A stretch of 64,000 nt of DNA from Anaeromyxobacteraceae bacterium (GTDB lineage: Bacteria; Myxococcota; Myxococcia; Myxococcales; Anaeromyxobacteraceae): positions 32,001-96,000 of the forward strand of contig JAULAX010000013.1 in the NCBI GenBank assembly GCA_032654565.1, written 5' to 3'. Made by a program: the position numbers and the translations under genes. Below the pieces are notes generated by a model, which saw nothing but the letters and a program-made list of their open reading frames with translations, had not been told where the DNA came from and did not search any database. Positions 44,672 through 55,135 of the stretch are shown piece by piece (within the stretch, counting starts at the first letter, position 1; every line of letters begins with the position of its first letter).

Positions 44672-45056
44672 CCGCTCGCGCCCGAGCGCGGCAGGCCGGC
44701 GAGCATGCGGGGCGCGTCCGGGGTTGGTCGCTGCGGGGCGCCACCGGGCCGGGGGCGCTACCCGGCTCGGTCGCTAGGTTGGTCGCTGCGGGGCGCCACC
44801 GCGCCGGGGACGCTACCCGGCTCGGTCGCTGCGGGACGCCACCGCGCCGGGGACGCTCGTCGCGCCTGCGGCGCGCCCTCTCGCCAGTTTCGATTCCGCC
44901 TGGGTGAGCGGTGCGGGGGCTGCGAGGCTCGCGCCCCGGCCGATGGCGCCCCTGCGCTCCCGCCCAGGAGGGACCCGGTCAATCCAGGAACGCACGGCGC
45001 AGCCTGCGACGCTCGTGGAGGTTTGCGACGGCGGCACCAGAAGCCGCCGCCGTCGC
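44628..45056. repeat. Composite repeat: imperfect inverted arms enclosing three direct repeats
   Basis: Arms CGGCTTCTGGTG/CACCAGAAGCCG and GCGTTCCTGGA/TCCAGGAACGC. Direct units GGTCGCTGCGGGRCGCCACCGSGCCGGGGRCGCT at about 44726, 44781 and 44824. Confidence 0.75.
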
Positions 45057-45058
45057 GG

Positions 45059-46615
45059 CTAGACCTTCATCCCCGGGGTCCATTTGAGCACCGGCTTGCG
45101 GGCGGCGCGGGTCTCGTCGAGGCGGGCGCGGAAGGGCTTCACCGGCGAGGCCTTGAGCCCCTCGGGATCTACCTTGGCCTCCTCGGCGATGGCCTTCATG
45201 GCCCCGATGAAGGCGTCGATGGTCTCCTTCGACTCGGTCTCGGTCGGCTCGATCATGATGGCGCCGTGGACCACCAGCGGGAAGTAGATGGTGGGCGGGT
45301 GGAAGCCGTGGTCGATGAGCCGCTTGGCCACGTCCATGGTGATGACCCCGGTCTCCTTCTGGGCGGTGTCGTCGAAGACCACCTCGTGCAGGGAGTCGGT
45401 CTCGTAGGGGAGGTGGAAGGTGCCCTGCAACGCGGCCCGCACGTAGTTGGCGTTGAGCACGGCGAGATCGGAGGTGGCCTTGAGCCCCTCCGGCCCCAGC
45501 TCGCGCAGGTAGGCCCAGGCCCGCACCATCATCCCGAAGTTGCCGTGGAAGCCGTGGATGCGGCCGATCGACTGGGGCCGCTCGGCGGTCTCGGTCACCA
45601 GCCGGTAGGAGCCGCCCTCCTTGACCACCACCGGGAGCGGCAGGAAGGGGACCAGGCCGGCCTTCACCGCCACCGGGCCGGAGCCGGGGCCGCCGCCGCC
45701 GTGGGGCGTGGCGAAGGTCTTGTGCAGGTTGTACTGGATGACGTCGAAGCCCATGTCGCCGGGCCGGGCGTTGCCAAGCAGGGCGTTCATGTTGGCGCCG
45801 TCGCCGTAGACCAGGCCGCCCTTGGCGTGCACGATCCGGGCGATCTCGGCGATGTCGGTCTCGAAGACCCCGAGCGTGTTGGGGTTGGTGATCATGATGG
45901 CGGCCACGTCCTCGTCCATGGCCGCCGCCACGGTGTCGGGGTGGAGCCGGCCGTCCGGGCCGCTGGCCAGGGTGACGCAGCCGTAGCCGTTGAGCGCCGC
46001 CGAGGCCGGGTTGGTGCCGTGGGCGGTGTCGGGGATCAGCACCTTCTTGCGCGGGTTGCCGTGGGCGGCGTGGAAGGCGCGGATCACCATCAGCCCGCAG
46101 AGCTCACCGTGGGCGCCGGCGGCCGGGTTGAGGGTGGTGGCGTCCATCCCGGCGATCTCGGAGAGGGCCCGCTCCAGCGCGTACATCAGCTCCAGCGCCC
46201 CCTGGGCGTGCTCGGCCGGCGCCAGCGGGTGGAGCGAGGCGAAGCCGGGGAGGCGGGCCAGCGCCTCGCTCGACTTCGGGTTGTACTTCATGGTGCAGGA
46301 GCCGAGCGGGTAGAACCCGGTGTCGATGCCGTGGTTCCAGGTCGAGAGCCGGGTGAAGTGGCGGACCACCTCCAGCTCGGAGAGCTCGGGCAGCCCGGCG
46401 ATGCCGCCGCGCAGCAGCGCCGGGGGCAGGTCGGACGCGGCGTCGGGGCCGTGGGCGGGGAGGGAGACGCCGCAGCGCCCCTTCGACCCGTGCTCGAAGG
46501 AGAGCGGCTCCTCGTGGACCAGGCCGCGCACCGCGCCGCCCAGGCCGGGGGCGTCGACCTCGGAGGCGCCAGCGCCCTGCTCCATGCTCGGCTTCCACCC
46601 GGACTGGTTGCTCAC
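45059..46615 (-). CDS. gcvPB: Glycine dehydrogenase subunit 2
   Basis: GTG 46615; [36 protein letters not shown]. Confidence 0.95.
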   Translation of the reverse strand: MSNQSGWKPSMEQGAGASEVDAPGLGGAVRGLVHEEPLSFEHGSKGRCGVSLPAHGPDAASDLPPALLRGGIAGLPELSELEVVRHFTRLSTWNHGIDTGFYPLGSCTMKYNPKSSEALARLPGFASLHPLAPAEHAQGALELMYALERALSEIAGMDATTLNPAAGAHGELCGLMVIRAFHAAHGNPRKKVLIPDTAHGTNPASAALNGYGCVTLASGPDGRLHPDTVAAAMDEDVAAIMITNPNTLGVFETDIAEIARIVHAKGGLVYGDGANMNALLGNARPGDMGFDVIQYNLHKTFATPHGGGGPGSGPVAVKAGLVPFLPLPVVVKEGGSYRLVTETAERPQSIGRIHGFHGNFGMMVRAWAYLRELGPEGLKATSDLAVLNANYVRAALQGTFHLPYETDSLHEVVFDDTAQKETGVITMDVAKRLIDHGFHPPTIYFPLVVHGAIMIEPTETESKETIDAFIGAMKAIAEEAKVDPEGLKASPVKPFRARLDETRAARKPVLKWTPGMKV

Positions 46616-47946
46616 GGCTTCACCGCCTCGGCGAAGAGCTGGATCAGCTCGGGGGTGTGGAGCTCGGTGGCGACGCAGAGCAGCGCCCCCCGGGCCCGGG
46701 GGTGATCGGGGAACCAGCGCGACAGCGGCAGCCCGGCGGCGAGGCCGCGCTTGGCGAGCCGGGCCACCACCGCCTCGGCGTCGCCGACGTCGAAGACCTG
46801 CTCGTTGAAGACCGGGCCGGTGAAGACCGGCGCGATCCCCACCCGGCCCAGGGCCCCGCGCAGCAGCCGGAGCCGCTCGTGGTTGAGCAGGGCCAGGTCG
46901 GAGAGCCCCTGCTTGCCGAGCAGGGTGAGGTGCATGGTGGCGGCCAGCGCGCAGAGGCCGGCGTTGGTGCAGATGTTGGAGGTCGCCTTCTCCCGGCGGA
47001 TGTGCTGCTCGCGGGTGGAGAGGGTGAGCACGAAGCCGCGGCGGCCGTGCTTGTCGACGGTGGCGCCGCAGACCCGCCCCGGCAGCTGGCGCAGGAACTC
47101 CTGCCGGATGGCGAAGAAGCCCGGGGCCGGGCCGCCGAAGCCCATGGGGTTGCCGAAGCTCTGGAAGCTGCCCACCGCCACGTCGGCGCCGAGCGCCCCG
47201 GGGGCCTGCAGCAGCCCCAGCGAGACCGCCTCGGCGGTGACCGCCACGGTGAGGGCGCCGGCCGCCTTGGCGATGGCCGCCGCCTCGGGCAGCGCGTCGA
47301 TGACGCCGAGGGCGTTGGGCCAGCCGATGATCACCGCGGCCGCGCCCGGGGCGGCGGCGGCCAGGGCCGCCAGGTCGGTGCGGCCGTCGGCGCCGAAGGG
47401 GACGGTGACGATCTCGTCGCCGGTGGAGGCCAGGTAGGTGGCCAGGGTGTCGCGCCAGGCGGGGTGGACCGCGGCCGAGACCACCACCTTGGAGCGGTCG
47501 GTGACCCGGGTCGCCATCAGCGCCGCCTCGGCGGTGGCGGTGGCCCCGTCGTAGAGCGAGCCGTTGGAGACGTCCAGCCCGGTCAGCAGGGTCACGAAGG
47601 TCTGCCACTCGAAGAGCGCCTGCAGGGTCCCCTGGGCGATCTCCGGCTGGTAGGGGGTGTAGGCGGTGAAGAACTCGCCGCGCAGCAGCAGCTGGTCGAC
47701 GGTGGGCGGCACGTGGTGCGGGTAGGAGCCGGCCCCGACGAAGGGCGGGTGGCTGACCACGTTGCGCGAGGCCATCCGTCCCAGCTCGCCGAACAGGGCG
47801 ATCTCGTCGAGCGCCGGCGGCACGTCGAGCGGGCGCCCGAGCCGGAGCGGGGCGGGGATGGAGCGGAAGAGGTCGGAGACCGACGTCTTCCCGATGACGT
47901 CCAGCATGGCGCGGACGTCGTCGGGGGTGTGGGGGTGGTAGCGCAA
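46612..47946 (-). CDS. gcvPA: Glycine dehydrogenase subunit 1
   Basis: [32 protein letters not shown]. Confidence 0.95.
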   Translation of the reverse strand: MRYHPHTPDDVRAMLDVIGKTSVSDLFRSIPAPLRLGRPLDVPPALDEIALFGELGRMASRNVVSHPPFVGAGSYPHHVPPTVDQLLLRGEFFTAYTPYQPEIAQGTLQALFEWQTFVTLLTGLDVSNGSLYDGATATAEAALMATRVTDRSKVVVSAAVHPAWRDTLATYLASTGDEIVTVPFGADGRTDLAALAAAAPGAAAVIIGWPNALGVIDALPEAAAIAKAAGALTVAVTAEAVSLGLLQAPGALGADVAVGSFQSFGNPMGFGGPAPGFFAIRQEFLRQLPGRVCGATVDKHGRRGFVLTLSTREQHIRREKATSNICTNAGLCALAATMHLTLLGKQGLSDLALLNHERLRLLRGALGRVGIAPVFTGPVFNEQVFDVGDAEAVVARLAKRGLAAGLPLSRWFPDHPRARGALLCVATELHTPELIQLFAEAVKP

Positions 47947-47991
47947 CGGGGCTCCTCGGCGGCGCCGCGCGCCGCGACGGTGGAGGTGGGA

Positions 47992-48378
47992 CTACCCCTG
48001 CTCGTCGACGTGGGCCTGGTAGGCCTTGGCGTCGAGCAGGCCGGCCAGCTCCGACGGGTCGGACGGCTCGATGGCGATCATCCAGCCCTCCTCGTAGGGG
48101 TCCTCGTTGATGCTCTCGGGGGCCTCGACCAGCGGGTCGTTCACCTCGACCACCTTGCCGGAGATGGGGGCGAAGAGCTCGGAGACGGCCTTGGTCGACT
48201 CGACCACGCCGAAGGACTCACCGCGCTTGACCAGGTCGCCGGCCGCCGGCAGCTCGACGAAGACCACGTCGCCGAGCTGGTCCTGGGCGAAGTCGGTGAT
48301 GCCGACCAGCACCCGGGTCCCCTTCTGGCGGGCCCACTCGTGGTCCTTGGTGTACTTGAGGTCGTCGGGGATGTTCAT
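47992..48378 (-). CDS. gcvH: Glycine cleavage system H protein
   Basis: YTKDHEW, GITDFAQDQLGD, VESTKAVSE (lipoyl Lys). Confidence 0.97.
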   Translation of the reverse strand: MNIPDDLKYTKDHEWARQKGTRVLVGITDFAQDQLGDVVFVELPAAGDLVKRGESFGVVESTKAVSELFAPISGKVVEVNDPLVEAPESINEDPYEEGWMIAIEPSDPSELAGLLDAKAYQAHVDEQG

Positions 48379-48390
48379 GATCTCTCCTGG

Positions 48391-49479
48391 TCAGCGTCCC
48401 GTGCGGGAAAGGAAGGGGGTCTTGACGACGGCGGCGGCCACCGGCTTGCCGCGGATCTCCACCGCCAGCGACGAGCCCACCGCCGCCAGCGCCGGCGGCA
48501 CGTAGGCCAGGCCGATGGAGGTTGTGAGGGTGGGCGAGCGGGTGCCGCTGGTGACCACGCCCACCGGCCGCCCCTCGCGCACCACCGGGTGGCCGTGGCG
48601 GGCGATGCCGGGCTCGGTGAGCTGGAAGCCGACCAGCTTGCGCGACAGCCCCTGCTCCTTCTGCTTCACCAGCGCGGCGCGCCCGATGAAGTCGCCCTTG
48701 TCGAGCTTGACCACCCAGGCCAGCCCGGCCTCCAGCGGCGTGGCCTCGTCGTCCATGTCGGAGCCGTAGAGCCGGTAGGCCATCTCCAGCCGCAGGGTGT
48801 CTCGGCAGCCGAGGCCGGCCGGCTGGATCCCCTCGGGCCGGCCCGCCTCGATGAGGGCGTCCCAGAGCTTCTCGGCCTGCCCGGCCGGGCAGAACAGCTC
48901 GAAGCCGTCCTCGCCGGTGTAGCCGGTGCGGGCCACCAGGCAGCTCACCCCCGCCACCGCGCCGGGCGCGTGGCGGTAGGTCTTGATGGCGTCGAGATCG
49001 GTCGTGGTCAGGCGCTTCAGCACCGCCAGGGCCTTGGGCCCCTGCACCGCCACCTGCCCCCACTGGTCCGACTCGTTGCTGACGTCGGCGCCGCCGGCGT
49101 GCCCCTTCAGCCACTCGAAGTCCTTCTGGCGGTTGGCGGCGTTGACGCAGACCAGCAGGTCCTCGGCGGAGCGCCGGTAGACCACCACGTCGTCGACGAT
49201 GCCGCCGCTCTCGCGGCAGAGGCAGCCGTACTGGGCCTGGCCGTCGGCGACCTGGGAGAGGTCGTTGGTGAAGACGGCCTGCAGCGCCGCCAGCGCCCGG
49301 GGGCCGCGGAAGACCACCTCGCCCATGTGCGAGACGTCGAAGAGGCCGACCGCCTCGCGCACCGCCTGGTGCTCCTCGATGAGCCCCGCGTACTGGACCG
49401 GCATGTCCCAGCCGGCGAACTCCACCATCCGCGCGCCGTGGCGGAGGTGGGCGGCGTAGAGCGGCGTTCGGAGGGCCAT
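48391..49479 (-). CDS. gcvT: Glycine cleavage aminomethyltransferase T
   Basis: FAGWDMPVQY, FDVSHMG, RTGYTGEDGFE, DTLRLE. Confidence 0.97.
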   Translation of the reverse strand: MALRTPLYAAHLRHGARMVEFAGWDMPVQYAGLIEEHQAVREAVGLFDVSHMGEVVFRGPRALAALQAVFTNDLSQVADGQAQYGCLCRESGGIVDDVVVYRRSAEDLLVCVNAANRQKDFEWLKGHAGGADVSNESDQWGQVAVQGPKALAVLKRLTTTDLDAIKTYRHAPGAVAGVSCLVARTGYTGEDGFELFCPAGQAEKLWDALIEAGRPEGIQPAGLGCRDTLRLEMAYRLYGSDMDDEATPLEAGLAWVVKLDKGDFIGRAALVKQKEQGLSRKLVGFQLTEPGIARHGHPVVREGRPVGVVTSGTRSPTLTTSIGLAYVPPALAAVGSSLAVEIRGKPVAAAVVKTPFLSRTGR

Positions 49480-49521
49480 CGGGGTGGGGCCTCGGGTGGA
49501 AGGGGAGGGCGAAGCGGGCGG

Positions 49522-49549
49522 ATTGTAGCGGCGCCGACCCGGGAATCAA
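49522..49549 (-). promoter_or_regulatory. Sigma70-like promoter of the gcv operon
   Basis: TTGATT-N16-TACAAT on the minus strand. Confidence 0.55.
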
Positions 49550-49586
49550 GCGTTCCCGGTGAGGAATCGACGCCGCGGGCAGGGCC

Positions 49587-50150
49587 CTACGGGCGGGGCG
49601 TGGCGCCCGGCGCGGGTGGGGCCACCGGCGCAGCCGCGGCCACCGGCCGCGTCGACCCGGGGACCTCGGCCGCCACGCCGTCGCGGTAGCGGAAGTCCAC
49701 CACCGAGGCGCCGCTCCGCTCGGCGAAGAAGGTCAGCCGCAGGCCGCCGTCGGCCTCGACCGGAGGGGCGGAGATGCGCCAGCAGTTGCCGAAGTCCTCG
49801 GTGACCAGCGGCCGGTCGCCGCGCAGGTCGATGACCCGGTACCAGAGCCGGCAGGACGGGGCGCCGTAGTCGATCTCCAGCAGCAGCCAGGCGGGGCGCT
49901 CCCGCGAGGGGAGGGCGGCCACCACGCCGATGACCCGGTCGGTGGGGCCGTAGACGGTCTTCCCGCCGGTGACCACGGTGAACTCGCCGCGCTTGTCGTC
50001 GATCCGCTTGCGCAGCACCTCGACGCGGCCGGCGCCGGCGCCGAGGGCGTCGACCAGCACCACCCCGGGCGCCACCTCGGCCCCCGGCTTCACCTCACGC
50101 TGGCAGGCGGCCAGCCCCAGCAGCCCGACGATCAGCAGCGGCCTCCACAT
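49587..50150 (-). CDS. Hypothetical lipoprotein
   Basis: GGAGGAG RBS, ATG 50150, lipobox LAAC. Confidence 0.65.
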   Translation of the reverse strand: MWRPLLIVGLLGLAACQREVKPGAEVAPGVVLVDALGAGAGRVEVLRKRIDDKRGEFTVVTGGKTVYGPTDRVIGVVAALPSRERPAWLLLEIDYGAPSCRLWYRVIDLRGDRPLVTEDFGNCWRISAPPVEADGGLRLTFFAERSGASVVDFRYRDGVAAEVPGSTRPVAAAAPVAPPAPGATPRP

Positions 50151-50169
50151 GGTCTCTCCTCCTCCGGCG

Positions 50170-51300
50170 TCAGCGCCCCGGGGGCGCTCCCGGCGTGCAA
50201 CGCACCGGCTCGCAGCGGCCGGCGCCGGCGGCGGCGCAGCAGTGGAGCGGCGCCCCCTGCTCGTCCTCGAAGCGGTAGTCCCAGCCCTGCTCGCGCACCG
50301 TGAGCACACCCAGCCCCGGGGCGGTGGTGCCGAAGAGCAGCTGGCCGCCCAGGGCGGTCTTCTCGAAGCGCTCCCGGGGGCGGGCGCTGGAGCCGTTGCC
50401 GGAGATCAGCACGTCGACGCCGGCGGCGGTGCGCAGGTGCTGCAGGTCGTGATCGTGGCCGGCCAGCCAGGCCCGGACCCGCCCGCCGGCGGCGGCCTCC
50501 AGCCGGCCCATGCGGGCCACCCGCTCGGGCTTGTCGAAGTCGCCCTCGTGCACGCCGGCCGTGGTGGGCGGGTGGTGCAGGACCACGAAGCAGGGGCGCC
50601 GCTCGCAGCCTCCGAGCGCGCCGTCCAGGAAGGCCAGCTCGGCCTCGAGCGTGAAGCCGCCGTAGTCGGCGTAGACCACGTTGGAGTCCAGCACCACGAA
50701 GCGGGCCGGCCCCTCGTCCAGCAGGTAGTGGCGGGCCGGCAGCGACCAGAGCGGGGCGGCGTGGGCCACCGAGAGGCAGGCCTTGCGTCGGGCCACCTGG
50801 TCGGTGGAGAGGCCGCGCACGCCGCAGGTGAGGCGCGACCAGACGTCGTGGTTGCCGAGCGCCAGCACGGTGCGGACCGGGGTGCCGGCGAGCAGCCCGG
50901 CCAGCGGCGCCTCGTGGAGCCGGGCGAAGGCGGGGTCGGGCGGGCCGGCCGGCGGCGTGGCCACGGAGTTGTCGTCGGCGGCGAAGGCGCAGGCCTCGGC
51001 GCCGGGGAGCGACGCATCCGGGCCGCACTGGTAGATCAGGTCGCCGGCGAAGAGGGCCAGGGCGAAGGGGGCGCGGGCGTGGAGCGCGGCGCTGGCGGCG
51101 GCCACGGCCGCCTGCTGCGGGGTGTTCTCGCCGAAGTCGCCGAGGTGGAGCACTCGCACCCCGCCGGCGCTCGCCGCCGGGGGCGGGGGCGGGGGCGAGG
51201 ACTCGGCGGCGCCGTGCCGGACCGTGGTGCGGCCGGCGCAGGCCGCGCAGCCGGCGGTGACGGCCAGCAAGGCGATGGCCAGGCTCGACCGGAGGCTCAC
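50170..51300 (-). CDS. Exported calcineurin-like metallophosphoesterase (acid phosphatase type 5-like)
   Basis: GDFG, GDLIY, LGNHD, HHP, AGHDH; lipoprotein-like signal; overlaps the folD stop. Confidence 0.85.
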   Translation of the reverse strand: MSLRSSLAIALLAVTAGCAACAGRTTVRHGAAESSPPPPPPAASAGGVRVLHLGDFGENTPQQAAVAAASAALHARAPFALALFAGDLIYQCGPDASLPGAEACAFAADDNSVATPPAGPPDPAFARLHEAPLAGLLAGTPVRTVLALGNHDVWSRLTCGVRGLSTDQVARRKACLSVAHAAPLWSLPARHYLLDEGPARFVVLDSNVVYADYGGFTLEAELAFLDGALGGCERRPCFVVLHHPPTTAGVHEGDFDKPERVARMGRLEAAAGGRVRAWLAGHDHDLQHLRTAAGVDVLISGNGSSARPRERFEKTALGGQLLFGTTAPGLGVLTVREQGWDYRFEDEQGAPLHCCAAAGAGRCEPVRCTPGAPPGR

Positions 51301-52139
51301 GTCGCCGTCCGGGCCGCCAGGGCCACCGTGTTGGCCAGCAGCATGGCGATGGTCATGGGGCCGACGCCGCCCGGGACCGGGGTGATGGCGGCGGCGCGCT
51401 TGGAGGCCTCGCCGAACTCCACGTCTCCCACCAGCTTGCCGTCGGCGCCGCGGTTCATGCCCACGTCGATGACCACCGCGCCCGGCTTCAGCCAGGCCCC
51501 CTTGATGATCTCCGCCTTGCCCACGGCGGCGATGACCACGTCGGCGCGCCCCACCTCGGCCGCCAGGTCGGGGGTGCGGGAGTGGGCGATGGTGACGGTG
51601 GCGTGGCGCTCCAGCAGCATGGCCGCCTGGGGCTTGCCGACGATGTTGGAGCGGCCCACCACCACGGCGTGCTTCCCCTTGAGCTCCACCCCGGCCTCGT
51701 CGAGCAGCCGCATCACCCCGTGGGGCGTGCAGGCGCGCGGCGCCGGCTTGCCGGTCCACAGGCAGCCGACGTTGAAGGGGTGGAAGCCGTCGGCGTCCTT
51801 GTGCGGGGCGATGGCCTCGAGCACCGCCGCCTCGGCGATCTGCTTCGGCAGCGGCAGCTGGACCAGGATGCCGTGGACGGCCGGGTCGGCGTTGAGCCGC
51901 CCGATGAGGGCGAGCAGCTCGACCTGGGTGGCGCTGTCCGGCAGGTGGTGCTCGGTGGAGACGATGCCGGTCTCGGCGCAGGCCTTGATCTTGTTCCGGA
52001 CGTAGACCGCGGAGGCCGGGTCGTCGCCGACGCGCACCACGGTCAGCCCGGTGGCCACCCCCTTCAGCTTCAGGGCCGCCACCTGCTCCGCCACCTCCGC
52101 CCGGACCCGGGCGGCCACTGCCTTGCCGTCGATGATCAT
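51297..52139 (-). CDS. folD: Methylenetetrahydrofolate dehydrogenase/cyclohydrolase
   Basis: [40 protein letters not shown]. Confidence 0.97.
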   Translation of the reverse strand: MIIDGKAVAARVRAEVAEQVAALKLKGVATGLTVVRVGDDPASAVYVRNKIKACAETGIVSTEHHLPDSATQVELLALIGRLNADPAVHGILVQLPLPKQIAEAAVLEAIAPHKDADGFHPFNVGCLWTGKPAPRACTPHGVMRLLDEAGVELKGKHAVVVGRSNIVGKPQAAMLLERHATVTIAHSRTPDLAAEVGRADVVIAAVGKAEIIKGAWLKPGAVVIDVGMNRGADGKLVGDVEFGEASKRAAAITPVPGGVGPMTIAMLLANTVALAARTAT

Positions 52140-52233
52140 TGGGGGGCGGAGTATAGCCGCCTTCCGACCCGTCGGGGCGGGGGTCCTGGAGGGCCCGGCG
52201 GGCTATCATCCGGGCCTGCGAACGGAGAGCTCC

Positions 52234-52707
52234 ATGGAGAAGGACTGCAAGGTCTGCGGCACCCCGCTGGACGAGGCGAACGCGTGCGTCACCTGCGAGG
52301 CCAAGGCGGAGGGGCTCGCCCTGGTGCTCCGCAACGCCTTCCCGCAGGTGCGGGAGCTGATGGCCCTGCTCGAGGAGCAGGGGCTCTCGGCGGAGATGGA
52401 GAAGGTGCCGGGGACCACGCCCCAGGAGCGCCACCACCCGCGGTGGAACCTCTACGTGCCGGAGGCCGAGGCGGAGGCGGCCCGGGCCTTCCTGGGGCGC
52501 GACTGGGCGGCGCTGCTCGGAGACGCCGGGGCCCGCGAGGCGGCGGCGCGCGGCGCGGCCAGCCTGGATCTCGACCAGGGGGGCGAGATCGAATGCCCGG
52601 CCTGCGGTCACCGCTTCGCCGCCTCGGCGACGCAGGCCGAGTGCCCGGAGTGCGGGCTGTCGCTGGGCGCCCCGGGCGAGCCGTCCGACGAGAAGGGGCG
52701 AGGGTAG
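52234..52707 (+). CDS. Protein with two zinc-ribbon motifs flanking a small alpha/beta domain
   Basis: CKVC..CVTC at the N-terminus; CPAC..CPEC at the C-terminus. Confidence 0.7.
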   Translation: MEKDCKVCGTPLDEANACVTCEAKAEGLALVLRNAFPQVRELMALLEEQGLSAEMEKVPGTTPQERHHPRWNLYVPEAEAEAARAFLGRDWAALLGDAGAREAAARGAASLDLDQGGEIECPACGHRFAASATQAECPECGLSLGAPGEPSDEKGRG

Positions 52708-52859
52708 CTGGCCGGGCTGGCGCCGTGTGGCCAGTCAATTCAGTTGGTTGGTTGGCCGGGTGGGAAATCGGCGGCGCCGGTGAATAGCCGGGCCGGGGGC
52801 CGCGTCGGTCCATCAACGAACCAGGCCGCCCGAGCGGCCGCCCCCAAGGAGAACACCAC

Positions 52860-53093
52860 ATGAAGCTTGCCAAGACCCTCGCTGCCGTCGTCGCCTTCGC
52901 CTTCGTCGCCCCGGCCTTCGCCGAGGAGGCCAAGCCGGCCGCTGCCCCGGCTGCTGCTCCTGCCGCGGCTCCTGCCGCCGCTCCCGTGAAGGCCGAGAAG
53001 AAGGTCGAGAAGAAGGTCGAGAAGAAGACCGAGAAGAAGGTCGAGACCAAGACCGAGACCAAGACCGAGACCAAGGCCGAGCCGAAGAAGTAA
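52860..53093 (+). CDS. Small secreted low-complexity (AAPA / EKK / ETK repeat) protein
   Basis: AAGGAG RBS; signal peptide ending AFA; strongly biased codons; followed by a terminator. Confidence 0.8.
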   Translation: MKLAKTLAAVVAFAFVAPAFAEEAKPAAAPAAAPAAAPAAAPVKAEKKVEKKVEKKTEKKVETKTETKTETKAEPKK

Positions 53094-53114
53094 CCAGCCT
53101 CCAGTTGCCGCTTC

Positions 53115-53161
53115 AGGCGCGCCGGGTTCCGCGAGAGCAGGGCCGGCGCGCTTCGTCTTTT
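53115..53161 (+). terminator. Rho-independent terminator-like hairpin
   Basis: GCGCGCCGG...CCGGCGCGC followed by TTCGTCTTTT. Confidence 0.65.
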
Positions 53162-53179
53162 CGGGAGCCGGGGCGCGGC

Positions 53180-54799
53180 TCAGCGCCGGACCAGCAGCTC
53201 GGTCACCAGCTCCGGCGAGGCCATGGCCCGGTCGATCGAGGTGGCCAGCTCACCGGCCTGCCGGCGCGCCAGGTCGAGCAGCAGCGCCCCGGCCTCGCCC
53301 CCGGAAAGGAGCCGCGGGTCGTCGAGGCGGGCCAGCGCCGCCACCGCCGCCGGCAGCTCGCGGGCCGGGATGGGGACCGGCTCGAAGCGCCGCCCCAGCC
53401 GCTGGTTGGCCAGGGCGGTCAGGTAGAGAGCCGACAGCCGCGGCGCCTCCCCCTCGGCCTCCAGCGGAGCCAGCGCCAGGTCGCGCGCCAGCGCCGCCAG
53501 CCCGTCGCAGAGGTCGAGCGCGGCGGCGGTCCGGGTCAGGTCGAGCGAGGAGAGGAAGCGGCGCGGCTCCATGGCGGCGACCGACGGGGTCCCCCACTCC
53601 TCGCGGGGCCGCTCGATCCCGGGGTGGAAGCGGGGCCGGCGCGAGGCCAGCGCCTCCAGCAGCTCGCCGAGCGGCGCGTCGAGCAGCGGCGTCCCTCGCC
53701 GGCCCGCCCCGCCGCCCCGGTGGAGCCGGTCGGCCCGCCAGGACAGCTGCAGCACCCGCCCGAAGCCCTCCTGGAAGAGCCGCTTCACCGGGGTGGCGGC
53801 CAGCACCTCGGCGGCCCGGGCCTCGTCGTCCCCCGCCAGCCGCTCCAGCCCCAGCTCCACCATGGCCCGGGCCCCGGCCACCGCGGCCCGGACCTGGTCG
53901 AGATCGACCGGGTCGATGCCGTCGGCCACCAGCACGGCGTTGCCGGCGGTGATGAGCTGCGGGTCGAGCCCCTCGCGGTCGGCCGGGTCGAGCAGCTGCG
54001 CGGCGCGGGCCAGCAGCGAGCGGCCGGCGAGCGGCGCCAGGAAGAAGCCGGGGGACCGGCTGGGCTGCCCGGGGGCCTCGGCGGGGCGGGCCGGCGGCCG
54101 CGCGTACCAGGAGAGGGCCTCCTCCAGCGACGGGTAGCCGAGGTCGGCGAGCCGCCCCTGGCGCCAGCGCAGCGCCGACTCCTCCAGCTCGCTGGGGAGC
54201 TCCCAGGCCAGCGCCCCCAGCAGCCGGGAGGACTTGAACGGGTCCTCGGCCTCGAGGTCGTCGAGCAGGCCGCGGATGGCCACGAACTCGGTCCCCTCGA
54301 CCACGAACTCGATCAGGTAGGCGCCGTCGGAGGTCTTCCAGGCCTGGTCGCTGACCACCTCGGGATCGTCGTTGACGCGCAGGTCGTGGACGCGGACGGC
54401 GTCGCGCAACACCAGGAAGATCAGCTCCTGGTCGAGCGCCGCCATCTTGCGGGCCAGCCGGGTGGCCAGCCGGGTGTCCTGCGGGGCGCCGGAGCGGGCG
54501 GCGCGCAGCCAGGGGAGGACGCGCCGCGGCTCGAGCTGGCCGTGGCGCCAGGCGTCGAGGTCGAGGAAGACGCGGAACTGCTCGGCCGAGGCCAGCTGCA
54601 CCAGCTCGATCGAGTCGGCCAGGCCGATCTCGCGGATGGTGAAGTAGAGCTCGTCGGCGGGGAGGGCCCGGACCAGCGCCCCGGGGTTGGGCGCGTCGAG
54701 GATGAGGTCGAGCCTCCGGCTGCCGCTGGCCGCGCCCAGCTGGACGCGGATGGTCGCCAGCTGCGCCGGCGTCAGGGGCTGCTCGGGCTGCTTCGCCAT
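53180..54799 (-). CDS. Conserved hypothetical protein (DUF6178-like)
   Basis: ELYFTIREIGLADS, LDLDAW, ELEESALRWRQGRLADLGYP; family assignment from memory. Confidence 0.65.
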   Translation of the reverse strand: MAKQPEQPLTPAQLATIRVQLGAASGSRRLDLILDAPNPGALVRALPADELYFTIREIGLADSIELVQLASAEQFRVFLDLDAWRHGQLEPRRVLPWLRAARSGAPQDTRLATRLARKMAALDQELIFLVLRDAVRVHDLRVNDDPEVVSDQAWKTSDGAYLIEFVVEGTEFVAIRGLLDDLEAEDPFKSSRLLGALAWELPSELEESALRWRQGRLADLGYPSLEEALSWYARPPARPAEAPGQPSRSPGFFLAPLAGRSLLARAAQLLDPADREGLDPQLITAGNAVLVADGIDPVDLDQVRAAVAGARAMVELGLERLAGDDEARAAEVLAATPVKRLFQEGFGRVLQLSWRADRLHRGGGAGRRGTPLLDAPLGELLEALASRRPRFHPGIERPREEWGTPSVAAMEPRRFLSSLDLTRTAAALDLCDGLAALARDLALAPLEAEGEAPRLSALYLTALANQRLGRRFEPVPIPARELPAAVAALARLDDPRLLSGGEAGALLLDLARRQAGELATSIDRAMASPELVTELLVRR

Positions 54800-54824
54800 G
54801 GGGAGGGGCGCCAGGCCCCCGGCG

Positions 54825-55043
54825 CTATGCCGAGGCGGCGGTGATGGTGCGACGGCCCGCCTTCTGGACCTTGTTGGCCTTCAGGCAGCGGGTGCAGACG
54901 CGGACGTGCTTGACCTCGCCGGCGTCGTTGATGCGGACGGAGCGCAGGTTGGGGAGCGACCGGGTCTTGGACTTGTTGTTGGCGTGGGAGACGGTGTTGC
55001 CGACGAGCGGCCCCTTCCCACAAACTTCGCAGCGGCGTGCCAT
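54825..55043 (-). CDS. rpmB: 50S ribosomal protein L28 (Cys-containing form)
   Basis: [24 protein letters not shown]...PNL...VCTRCLK. Confidence 0.96.
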   Translation of the reverse strand: MARRCEVCGKGPLVGNTVSHANNKSKTRSLPNLRSVRINDAGEVKHVRVCTRCLKANKVQKAGRRTITAASA

Positions 55044-55135
55044 GTCTGATTCTCCGAAAACCGAAAGAGCGCGGCATATTACGGATCCGCGCCTGAAATG
55101 CAAGGGGGGCGCCGAGAAAGGCCGCCGCGGGGGGG

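Noticed and set aside
44722..44857. Direct repeats as a CRISPR array
   Set aside because: Only three degenerate copies, nearly abutting with no unique spacers, and no cas genes in the window.
49480..49586. Glycine riboswitch upstream of gcvT
   Set aside because: The spacer is only ~107 nt, a promoter-like motif sits ~40 nt from the ATG, and the GGAGA/CCGAAG/CTCAGG aptamer motifs are absent.
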